The notes under the pieces were generated by a model, which saw only the letters and a program-made list of their open reading frames with translations, did not search any database and was not told the origin of the DNA. Position numbers and translations under genes: made by a program. DNA of 30,114 bases, counting the filler, from an uncultured virus (IMG/VR IMGVR_UViG_2049941000_000908) (taxonomy: Duplodnaviria; Heunggongvirae; Uroviricota; Caudoviricetes). It is 2 parts of one record of this genome, joined end to end, with 100 filler letters (N's around TTAATTAATTAA, not from the genome) between each part and the next. Parts side by side here need not be neighbours in the genome. Positions count along the whole stretch, not along the records: positions 1 to 15,220 come from IMGVR_UViG_2049941000_000908; positions 15,321 to 30,114 come from IMGVR_UViG_2049941000_000908. One strand, 5' to 3'. This document shows, in pieces, positions 8,230 to 17,097 of this stretch (position 1 is the first letter of the stretch; the number at the start of each line of letters is the position of its first letter).

Positions 8230-8370
8230 TGCACAAGTCCGGCCTCAAAGATTTGTGTAGATTATGGCCGATTATATCGCAGATATAACTTGCTATATCC
8301 TCCGTTTAGAGTGATATATACACTACCGAAAGGGAAACCGGACGGAAAACAAAAACGGAGGTACGCCACC
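8230..8370 (+). promoter_or_regulatory. Cassette leader 3: TGCACAA-N16-TTGTGTA dyad, promoter-like box and RBS
   Basis: Dyad at 8230-8259; AGATATAACTTGCTATATCCTCCGTTTAGAGTGATATATACACTACC at 8281-8327. Confidence 0.8.
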
Positions 8371-8694
8371 ATGACGAACGCTTACGAACTGAGAAAACAC
8401 TTCTTCCTCGAAGACTACAACACCGCGATCCTGCGGGAGGACTTCGAAGCCTTCTTCACCAAAACGAAAGAAAAGGTCACCTTCACCTTCGGCGGCTGGG
8501 ACGGCAAGAGCTACGACGGCGAGAGCCGCACGGCCAGCGTTTACCGCACCAGCATCCCCGGCTTCGAAAGCGTCAGGCTGATCAAGGTCGGCAAGGGCCT
8601 GCACTACATCGAAGAGGATCACGAGGTCCTCGAAAAGGCCACCGGCGAGTACCACAAGCGGGCCAGCTGGCTGGTCGACGTCAAGAAGGCTTAA
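8371..8694 (+). CDS. Hypothetical protein (107 aa)
   Basis: AACGGAGG RBS before ATG 8371; reads MTNAYELRKHFFLEDYN... Confidence 0.8.
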   Translation: MTNAYELRKHFFLEDYNTAILREDFEAFFTKTKEKVTFTFGGWDGKSYDGESRTASVYRTSIPGFESVRLIKVGKGLHYIEEDHEVLEKATGEYHKRASWLVDVKKA

Positions 8695-8707
8695 GGAGGT
8701 GCCGACC

Positions 8708-9046
8708 ATGAAGTACGCAAGAAGAGACGCCACCATTTACACCGATCTGGAACCCATCGACCGAAACGATCCGGACAGCGCAAACAGCGCCATCGAGTAC
8801 GGCCTGCCGACTGGCTTTTCCGGCAAAGCACATGCCTGCTGGGAATACTTCTCCGGAGCCGCCTACCTCTTCGAATACAAAGGCCAGCTGGTGATCACCG
8901 ACGAGAGCCTTGAACTGACCGAGTACGGCGACGGCAGCCACGAAGCACCCTTTGGCGCACCGAGAGGCACCTTCGACACTTGGGAGGAAGTTGAGGAATG
9001 GCTCGAAGCGGTCTACGATGACCTGATGGAGGAAGGCATCCTGTAA
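8708..9046 (+). CDS. Hypothetical strongly acidic protein (112 aa)
   Basis: TAAGGAGGT stop/RBS coupling; about 25 D/E versus 7 K/R by manual count. Confidence 0.8.
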   Translation: MKYARRDATIYTDLEPIDRNDPDSANSAIEYGLPTGFSGKAHACWEYFSGAAYLFEYKGQLVITDESLELTEYGDGSHEAPFGAPRGTFDTWEEVEEWLEAVYDDLMEEGIL

Positions 9047-9071
9047 ACGAAACCACCTGATTTGAATATCA

Positions 9072-9132
9072 GCGGGAACGGCCCATCCGGGCTGTATCTC
9101 GTTATCCGAAGATCCGCAAGGGTCTATTTTTT
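9072..9132 (+). terminator. Cassette-end hairpin ending in TCGT (9072-9102) plus intrinsic terminator AGATCC-GCAA-GGGTCT-ATTTTTT (9110-9132)
   Basis: Two consecutive stem-loops between the last cassette gene and terL; the second has a U tract. Confidence 0.6.
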
Positions 9133-9153
9133 ATGCCTTGAGGAGGTGAGAAT

Positions 9154-10448
9154 TTGCGAAAACTGAAGAAGTACAAGCCGACCGCCTTCAAGGCCAAGGA
9201 CTCCTACTACGACGAGGACGCTGCGGATTTCGCAGTCGCCTTCATCGAAAACCTCTGCCANNNNNNNNNNNNNNNNNNNNNNNNNNNNNNNNNNNNNNNN
9301 NNNNNNNNNNNNNNNNNNNNNNNNNNNNNNNNNNNNNNNNNNNNNNNNNNNNNNNNNNNNNNNNNNNNNNNNNNNNNNNNNNNNNNNNNNNNNNNNNNNN
9401 NNNNNNNNNNNNNNNNNNNNNNNNNNNNNNNNNNNNNNNNNNNNNNNNGATACCGAAGAAAATGGGCAAGTCCGAACTGGCCGCTGCGGTAGCGCTGCTG
9501 CTCACCTGCGGCGACGGTGAGGAACGCGCCGAGGTCTATGGCTGCGCGGCTGACCGTCAGCAGGCTGCCATCGTGTTCGACGTGGCCGCCGACATGGTAC
9601 GAATGTGTCCAGCGCTGAACCGGCGCGTGAAAATACTGGCTTCCCAGAAGCGGATCATCTATCTGCCGACGAACAGCTTCTACCAGGTGCTGTCGGCAGA
9701 GGCCTATTCCAAGCACGGCTTCAACATCCACGGCGTCGTATTCGACGAGCTGCATACCCAGCCCAACCGGAAGCTCTTTGATGTCATGACCAAGGGCTCC
9801 GGCGATGCCCGCATGCAGCCGCTTTACTTCCTGATCACAACGGCGGGAACGGACACCCACTCCATCTGCTACGAGACCCACCAGAAAGCCAAGGACATCC
9901 TCGAAGGCCGGAAGATCGATCCGACCTTCTATCCGGTGATCTACGGCGCGGATGAATCCGAGGACTGGACGGACCCGAAGGTCTGGAAGAAAGCCAACCC
10001 GTCTCTTGGCATCACGGTCGGGATCGATAAGGTCCGGGCAGCCTGTGAATCGGCGCGGCAGAATCCCGGCGAAGAAAACGCCTTCCGGCAGCTCCGATTG
10101 AACCAGTGGGTCAAGCAGGCTGTGCGCTGGATGCCGATGGAAAAATGGGATGCCTGCGCCTTCCCGGTAAGCGAGGAAGATCTGGAAGGCCGGGTCTGCT
10201 ACGGCGGCCTCGACCTCTCGTCCACTTCGGATATCACTGCCTTCGTGCTGGTGTTCCCGCCTGTGGATGAGGATGACCGGTACACTATTCTCCCGTATTT
10301 CTGGGTGCCGGAGGATACGCTGGACCTGCGCGTCCGGCGCGATCACGTGCCCTATGAGGTCTGGGAGCGACAGGGCTTCCTGATGACCACCGAGGGCAAC
10401 GTCATTCACTACGGCTACATCGAGAAGTTCATCGAGCGTCTCGGAGAA
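9154..10448 (+). CDS. terL: Terminase large subunit (gapped; 3' end in gap)
   Basis: TTG start with GAGGAGGTGA RBS. PKKMGKSE Walker A, VVFDELH Walker B, LITTAG and the GGLDLSSTSD nuclease motif. Confidence 0.95.
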
Positions 10449-10878
10449 NNNNNNNNNNNNNNNNNNNNNNNNNNNNNNNNNNNNNNNNNNNNNNNNNNNN
10501 NNNNNNNNNNNNNNNNNNNNNNNNNNNNNNNNNNNNNNNNNNNNNNNNNNNNNNNNNNNNNNNNNNNNNNNNNNNNNNNNNNNNNNNNNNNNNNNNNNNN
10601 NNNNNNNNNNNNNNNNNNNNNNNNNNNNNNNNNNNNNNNNNNNNNNNNNNNNNNNNNNNNNNNNNNNNNNNNNNNNNNNNNNNNNNNNNNNNNNNNNNNN
10701 NNNNNNNNNNNNNNNNNNNNNNNNNNNNNNNNNNNNNNNNNNNNNNNNNNNNNNNNNNNNNNNNNNNNNNNNNNNNNNNNNNNNNNNNNNNNNNNNNNNN
10801 NNNNNNNNNNNNNNNNNNNNNNNNNNNNNNNNNNNNNNNNNNNNNNNNNNNNNNNNNNNNNNNNNNNNNNNNNNNNAC

Positions 10879-12195
10879 CTGTACACCTACAAGGATGACG
10901 GCGGCAAGGAAAAAGCCATCGGGCATCCGCTGTACCTGCTGTTGCACGACGAGCCCAACCCGGAGATGAGCTCCTTCGTCTTCCGGGAAACGCTGATGAC
11001 ACACCTGCTCCTCTGGGGCAATGCCTACGCGCAGATCATCCGGAATGGCAAAGGCGAGGTCGTGGCGCTGTATCCGCTCATGCCAAATCGCATGACGGTG
11101 GACCGGGATTCTTCAGGGCAGCTTTTTTACAGCTACCAGATGAACAACACNNNNNNNNNNNNNNNNNNNNNNNNNNNNNNNNNNNNNNNNNNNNNNNNNN
11201 NNNNNNNNNNNNNNNNNNNNNNNNNNNNNNNNNNNNNNNNNNNNNNNNNNNNNNNNNNNNNNNNNNNNNNNNNNNNNNNNNNNNNNNNNNNNNNNNNNNN
11301 NNNNNNNNNNNNNNNNNNNNNNNNNNNNNNNNNNNNNNNNNNNNNNNNNNNNNNNNNNNNNNNNNNNNNNNNNNNNNNNNNNNNNNNNNNNNNNNNNNNN
11401 NNNNNNNNNNNNNNNNNNNNNNNNNNNNNNNNNNNNNNNNNNNNNNNNNNNNNNNNNNNNNNNNNNNNNNNNNNNNNNNNNNNNNNNNNNNNNNNNNNNN
11501 NNNNNNNNNNNNNNNNNNNNNNNNNNNNNNNNNNNNNNNNNNNNNNNNNNNNNNNNNNNNNNNNNNNNNNNNNNNNNNNNNNNNNNNNNNNNNNNNNNNN
11601 NNNNNNNNNNNNNNNNNNNNNNNNNNNNNNNNNNNNNNNNNNNNNNNNNNNNNNNNNNNNNNNNNNNNNNNNNNNNNNNNNNNNNNNNNNNNNNNNNNNN
11701 NNNNNNNNNNNNNNNNNNNNNNNNNNNNNNNNNNNNNNNNNNNNNNNNNNNNNNNNNNNNNNNNNNNNNNNNNNNNNNNNNNNNNNNNNNNNNNNNNNNN
11801 NNNNNNNNNNNNNNNNNNNNNNNNNNNNNNNNNNNNNNNNNNNNNNNNNNNNNNNNNNNNNNNNNNNNNNNNNNNNNNNNNNNNNNNNNNNNNNNNNNNN
11901 NNNNNNNNNNNNNNNNNNNNNNNNNNNNNNNNNNNNNNNNNNNNNNNNNNNNNNNNNNNNNNNNNNNNNNNNNNNNNNNNNNNNNNNNNNNNNNNNNNNN
12001 NNNNNNNNNNNNNNNNNNNNNNNNNNNNNNNNNNNNNNNNNNNNNNNNNNNNNNNNNNNNNNNNNNNNNNNNNNNNNAGGAGCTTTTGCAGATATCGATT
12101 CGGGAAAGGAGGATACGGAATCCGATGAACCCACAGAAGAAATTTTGGAAGTGGAGAAATCAGGCAGACGGAGAACCGGAAGCACGAGTCCTTGA
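10879..12195 (+). CDS. HK97-family portal protein (mostly gap)
   Basis: HPLYLLLHDEPNPEMSSFVFRETLMTHLLLWGNAYAQIIRNGKGEVVALYPL.PNRM.VDRD. C-terminal tail reappears after the gap. Confidence 0.9.
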   Translation: MYTYKDDGGKEKAIGHPLYLLLHDEPNPEMSSFVFRETLMTHLLLWGNAYAQIIRNGKGEVVALYPLMPNRMTVDRDSSGQLFYSYQMNNXXXXXXXXXXXXXXXXXXXXXXXXXXXXXXXXXXXXXXXXXXXXXXXXXXXXXXXXXXXXXXXXXXXXXXXXXXXXXXXXXXXXXXXXXXXXXXXXXXXXXXXXXXXXXXXXXXXXXXXXXXXXXXXXXXXXXXXXXXXXXXXXXXXXXXXXXXXXXXXXXXXXXXXXXXXXXXXXXXXXXXXXXXXXXXXXXXXXXXXXXXXXXXXXXXXXXXXXXXXXXXXXXXXXXXXXXXXXXXXXXXXXXXXXXXXXXXXXXXXXXXXXXXXXXXXXXXXXXXXXXXXXXXXXXXXXXXXXXXXXXXXXXXXXXXGAFADIDSGKEDTESDEPTEEILEVEKSGRRRTGSTSP

Positions 12196-12866
12196 GCTCT
12201 ACGGCACTATCGCCTCGGAGAGCTGGTTCGACGACGACGTCACACCTCAAATGTTCAAGGATGAGCTGTTCGCCGACGACGGCGACGTGGTCATCTACCT
12301 GAACAGTCCGGGCGGCGACTGTATCGCAGCCAGTCAGATCTACACGATGCTCATGGACTATCGCGGCAATGTCACCATCAAGATCGACGGNNNNNNNNNN
12401 NNNNNNNNNNNTGGCTCCCACAAGCCTCATGATGATCCACAATCCCATGACCGCAGCCTTCGGCAGCAAGGACGAGATGGAAAAGGCCATCGAAATGCTG
12501 GAGGAGGTCAAGGAAAGCATCATCAACGCCTACGAGCTTCGGACCGGCTTGTCCCGCGCCCGGATCTCCCATCTCATGGACAGTGAGACATGGATGAACG
12601 CAAAACGCGCCATCGAGCTCGGCTTTGCGGACGGCATGCTCACAGACGAGAAGGTCATGGCAGAGATGCCCGCCTTCGAGTTTTCCGACCGGGCTGTCGA
12701 GGCCGCACTGATCAACAAAATCACTGCCAAGACCCGGAAGGATACCCCGGTAAACAAGCTGGAACCGGAGACGGAGCCCAAAGAGCTCCCGCAGCCGGAA
12801 CCCGCTCCCAAACATGGCCGTTCCGTCGATGAGCTGATGGAGCGGCTTCATCTTTTGAACAATTAA
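12125..12866 (+). CDS. ClpP-family head maturation protease (spans gap)
   Basis: GGAGG RBS. YLNSPGGD, MMIHNP and MDSETWMNAKRAIELGFAD motifs. Confidence 0.92.
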
Positions 12867-12880
12867 GGAGGATACCTACC

Positions 12881-14101
12881 ATGACTATCATTGAACTTCG
12901 CAACAAGCGTGCCCAGAAGCTGGCTGCTGCCAAGGCCTATCTGGAAGCAAAGCGCACCCCGGACGGCTTCCTCTCCGAAGAGGACGACGCCACCTACACC
13001 AAGCTGGAGACTGAGATCACGAACCTCGGTAACGAAATCGCTCGCATGGAGCGTCTGGAGGCTCTGGATAACGAGCTGTCCAAGCCGGTGAACACTCCGA
13101 TCACGGAGAAGCCTGCGGCTCCCGCCAAGATGGATACAAAGACCGGTCGTGCATCCGATGCCTATAAGAAGGCGTTCTGGAACGTCACCCGCCATAAGGA
13201 TTCCATGACACCGGAGATGAAAAATGCTCTGCAGGAAGGCGTGGATTCTGAGGGCGGCTACCTCGTTCCTGACGAATTCGAGCGCACCCTCGTGCAGGGT
13301 CTGAACGCTGCCACTGTGATCCGTGCCAACGCTCATGTCATCACCACTTCCAGCGGCCTGCACAAGATCCCTGTTGTCGCCTCTCACGGCTCTGCCGCTT
13401 GGATCGATGAGGAAGGTGCCTATACCGAAAGCGACGACGTCTTCGGTCAGGTCCAGCTGGATGCCCACAAGGTCGGCACCATCATCAAGGTCTCTGAGGA
13501 ACTCCTGAACGATGCTGCCTTTGATCTGGAAGGCTACATCTCCTCTGAGTTCTCCCGCCGCATTGGCGACAAGGAGGAAGAAGCATTCCTCACTGGTAAC
13601 GGCTCCTCTAAGCCCACTGGCATTCTGAACGCCACGGGCGGCGGCGAGGTCGGCGTTACCGCTGCCAGCGCAACCGCCATCACTGCTGATGAGCTGATCG
13701 ACCTGTATTTCAGCCTCAAGGCTCCGTATCGCAAGAACGCAATCTGGGTGCTGAATGACACGACCGTCAAGCTCGTCCGCAAGCTGAAGGATAACAATGG
13801 CCAGTACCTGTGGCAGCCTGCCCTCCGAGATGGAGATGTTCCCACGATCCTTGGCAGGCCGTACTTCACTTCCGCGTATATGCCAGAAGCCGCTGCAGGT
13901 GAAAAGACCATTATCTTCGGCGATCTGAACTACTACTGGATCGGCGACCGTCAGGGCATCACCTTCAAGCGCCTGAACGAGCTGTTTGCCGGTAATGGTC
14001 AGGTTGGCTTCCTTGCCTCCAAGCGTCTGGACGGCAAGACTGTCCTGCCGGAGGCTATCAAGGTCCTGCAGCAGAAAGGTACCGCTCAGTCCGGTTCCTG
14101 A
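12881..14101 (+). CDS. HK97-fold major capsid protein
   Basis: N-terminal delta-domain coiled coil, EGGYLVPDEF, KVSEELLNDAAFDLE, FLTGNG..KPTGIL, LKDNNGQYLWQP and FGDLNYY. Confidence 0.96.
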   Translation: MTIIELRNKRAQKLAAAKAYLEAKRTPDGFLSEEDDATYTKLETEITNLGNEIARMERLEALDNELSKPVNTPITEKPAAPAKMDTKTGRASDAYKKAFWNVTRHKDSMTPEMKNALQEGVDSEGGYLVPDEFERTLVQGLNAATVIRANAHVITTSSGLHKIPVVASHGSAAWIDEEGAYTESDDVFGQVQLDAHKVGTIIKVSEELLNDAAFDLEGYISSEFSRRIGDKEEEAFLTGNGSSKPTGILNATGGGEVGVTAASATAITADELIDLYFSLKAPYRKNAIWVLNDTTVKLVRKLKDNNGQYLWQPALRDGDVPTILGRPYFTSAYMPEAAAGEKTIIFGDLNYYWIGDRQGITFKRLNELFAGNGQVGFLASKRLDGKTVLPEAIKVLQQKGTAQSGS

Positions 14102-14122
14102 TAACGGAAAGGAGGCTGCCTC

Positions 14123-14381
14123 ATGACACTGATTTCGCTTGATGAAGCCAAGACGTACCTCCGGGTGGATTCTGCGGATGAGGATACTGTGATCAGCAGC
14201 CTCCTCTTAGCATCCATCCGTCTGTGCATGGATGTCGCCAGACTGTCCCCGGAGCNNNNNNNNNNCCATCCTCTACGCCCTCGGCTATCTGTACGAGCAC
14301 CGGGAGGAAGCGGATCACCACGGCCTGACGATGACGCTGCGGTCACTCCTCTTCGCCATTCGGGAAGGAGGCCTCAGATGA
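14123..14381 (+). CDS. Head-tail connector (HK97 gp6-like); spans 10-N gap
   Basis: ISLDEAKTYLRVDSADEDTVISSLL before the gap; ILYALGYLYEHREEADH..L...LRSLLF.IRE after it. Confidence 0.85.
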
Positions 14382-14716
14382 ATATCGCAGGACTTAGGGT
14401 ACGGATCACCATCCAGAAGAATGAAACCGTGGTCGACAAGTATGGGAACCACAAATCGGCATGGACCGATTATTTCACCTGCTGGGCCACAGCCCTCACC
14501 AGCGGCCTGTCCGCCAGCGAAAAAGAAACGGCTGGTCATACGACAGAGGCAGACAAGCTGGATATCACCGTCCGGTATTCCTCCGAAACGGCAGCCGTCA
14601 ACTCAAAGGAATACCGCGTGCTTCTGGAAGGCCACATTTACAACATTCTGAGTATCGATGAGATGGGCTTTAAGCGTAACAGCCGCAAGCTCCACACCGA
14701 GCTTGTTGAGAGGTAA
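14378..14716 (+). CDS. Head closure / head-tail adaptor protein
   Basis: ATGA overlap; MNIAGLRVRITIQKNETVVDKYGNHKSAWTDYFTCWA...YNILSID. Confidence 0.85.
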   Translation: MNIAGLRVRITIQKNETVVDKYGNHKSAWTDYFTCWATALTSGLSASEKETAGHTTEADKLDITVRYSSETAAVNSKEYRVLLEGHIYNILSIDEMGFKRNSRKLHTELVER

Positions 14717-14721
14717 CGGAT

Positions 14722-14914
14722 ATGTCTAACCGAAAAGTACAGATCGACGGTCTGGCGGATGCCGTGATGGAAGGCCTGATGGAATACAACGATCTGGCTG
14801 CCGACTCGGTGAAAAAAGCTGTAAAGAAAGCCGGGACCACCGTCCGAGACGAGATCAGGAGTACCGCTCCGGAGAGAACCGGACGCTACGCCAAGTCGTG
14901 GACCAGTAAGACGA
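14722..14914 (+). CDS. HK97 gp10-family tail-completion protein, partial (variant copy at 14991-15220)
   Basis: VKKAVKKAGTTVRDEIRSTAPERTGRYAKSW. Two near-identical copies lie across a 10-N gap. Confidence 0.8.
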
Positions 14915-15220
14915 NNNNNNNNNNCGATGAGATGGGCTTTAAGCGCAACAGCCGTAAGCTCCACACCGAGCTCACTGAGAGGTAACGGATATGTCAAACC
15001 GAAAAGTCCAGATCGACGGTCTGGCGGATGCCGTAATGGAAGGACTGATGGAATACAACGATCTGGCTGCCGACACCGTGAAAAAAGCAGTAAAGAAAGC
15101 CGGAACCACTGTCCGAGATGAGATCAGGAGTACCGCTCCGGAAAGAACCGGACGCTACGCCAAGTCGTGGACCAGTAAGACGACGGAGGAAACGGCTACT
15201 TCCATGCAGGTTACGGTGTA

Positions 15221-15320
15221 NNNNNNNNNNNNNNNNNNNNNNNNNNNNNNNNNNNNNNNNNNNNTTAATTAATTAANNNNNNNNNNNNNNNNNNNNNNNN
15301 NNNNNNNNNNNNNNNNNNNN
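15221..15320. other. Artificial scaffold-joining linker N44-TTAATTAATTAA-N44
   Basis: Exactly 100 nt; the 12-mer at 15265-15276 has stops in all six frames. Confidence 0.9.
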
Positions 15321-16330
15321 ACGGCGTTCCGGGGTGTACGTGCCCTTGATGGACTCCCTGAACTTAGCTCGCTGCTCATCAGACCAGGGATGGGCTTTGC
15401 GCTTGGTGCTGTACTCGGCATTTTCGGTATGGCCGTCTGTGAAGGTGAATTCCAGAAGGCCATTCTTGCCCATCGTGATCTGCTCGACCTGATCCCGGAA
15501 TGCGTCGGCGTCAAAACCATCCGTGCCCATGACCGTTGCCGTAATCTCCATGAGTTCTGGCTCCCGGATGCCCTTGACTCCACATTTCGTACTGCCGCCA
15601 CCAGCGCAGCGCCAATAGCTCACTTTTCCGTCTTTGCACTTCTGGGTCTGCCTCCTGCAGGAATCACCGCAGCATCCGCATTTGATGCGAGTGGTAAATG
15701 GTGAGAACCGGCCTTCACCTTTGGCCATGTAGTTCCGGACCCATTCGCGCTGGCGGTCCTTGAACTCATCCGTCCAGCAGTCCTTCTTGGCAGTGGATTC
15801 CCATTCCTTCGTGACCTCAGTACCATCGTAGAAATGGAAGATCAGCGTGCCGCCTTCCGGGACATCGATACGCTCGACACGTTCAGCGAAAACTGCCTCA
15901 TCGAATTCATCCAAGCCCAGTACATCGGCGCAGGCCTGCTTCAGGATCTTATCCGGGATTTCCTTGGCGTAGCAGCCTTCGCCTTTTTGTTTCTGCTTCC
16001 GGGAGCCACAGACCCAAGTCGTGTACATGCCGTCCTCATCGGTATAGGTGGTCGTGAACTTAGCCCTGTTCTTCCGGACGTTGTGCATGAAGCTCTTTCC
16101 GCAGTTGCAGCACTTGATCTTCCCGGTGAAGCAGGTGATGTTCAGGCTCTTGTTTGCCAATGCGCCGAGCTCCTTCCTCCGTGCCATTTCCTCCTGCACA
16201 TACTGGAAGGTTTCCATGTCGATGATCGGCTCGTGAGTGTTCTCGACGAAGTATTGCGGTAGCTCGCCCTTGTTCTTCCGACGCTGCTTATTGATGGGGT
16301 CCACCGTGTATTCCTTCTGGAAGAGCATGT
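15321..16330 (-). CDS. Large serine recombinase (integrase-type), C-terminal part with two Zn-ribbon domains
   Basis: LFQKEYTVDPI.K.RRKNKGELPQYFVENTHEPIIDMETF.YVQEE (end of recombinase domain), FTGKIKCCNCGKSF...WVC..C and FTTRIKCGCCG...WRC..C. Variant copy at 16342-16659. Confidence 0.85.
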
Positions 16331-16858
16331 TNNNNNNNNNNGGCCTCATCGAATTCATCCAAGCCCAGTACATCGGCGCAGACCTGCTTCAGGATCTTAT
16401 CCGGGATCTCCTTGGCGTAGCAGCCTTCGCCTTTCTGTTTCTGCTTCCGTGAGCCACAGACCCAAGTCGTGTACATGCCGTTCTCTTCGGTATAGGTGGT
16501 CGTGAACTTGGCCCGGTTCTTCCGAACGTTGTGCATGAAGCTCTTTCCGCAGTTGCAGCACTTGATTTTTCCAGTGAAACAGGTGATGTTCAGGCTCTTG
16601 TTTGCCAAAGCGCCGAGCTCCTTCCTCCGTGCCATTTCCTCCTGCACATACTGGAAGGTNNNNNNNNNNCTTTACCTTTTCTGATGTGAATCCGATGGAG
16701 ATGACAGCTGCTTTTCTCACCGTCCATCAGAACGACGTGACGATTGAGAAAGAGNNNNNNNNNNCGAATGATAAGGAGGGCTTGAATCATGATCGAGAAG
16801 ACCGTAACCATCGGCGATAAAGAGGTCAAGTTCCGCTCCTCCGCATCNNNNNNNNNNC

Positions 16859-17080
16859 GTGCTCTACAACTGCACGGCGTCCCGTCCGTCCATCGAATCC
16901 GAGACCAAGGAAGAAACCATTGAACCCGGCACGGAGACTCTGTCCCTGACCGCTGATCCCAGAGAGGACGGTCTGGTGAAATCCCGCACTGGCGACGATA
17001 CCACCGACAGTGTCTACCGCAACTGGTACCAGGCGGTGTATGTCCCGCAGGAGTCTGGCAGCACTCCTCTTGCTGAATGA
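16859..17080 (+). CDS. Major tail (tube) protein, phi13-like family, C-terminal fragment
   Basis: VLYNCTASRPSIESETKEETIEPGTETLSLTADP...WYQAVYVP; directly upstream of the chaperone and tape measure genes. Confidence 0.85.
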   Translation: MLYNCTASRPSIESETKEETIEPGTETLSLTADPREDGLVKSRTGDDTTDSVYRNWYQAVYVPQESGSTPLAE

Positions 17081-17097
17081 TAAGGAGGGCCTGAATC

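Noticed and set aside
15265..15276. Perfect palindrome TTAATTAATTAA next to the recombinase as a possible att site
   Set aside because: It is centred in exactly 100 nt of spacer with stops in all six frames, so it is an artificial linker. Adjacency across it is not biological.
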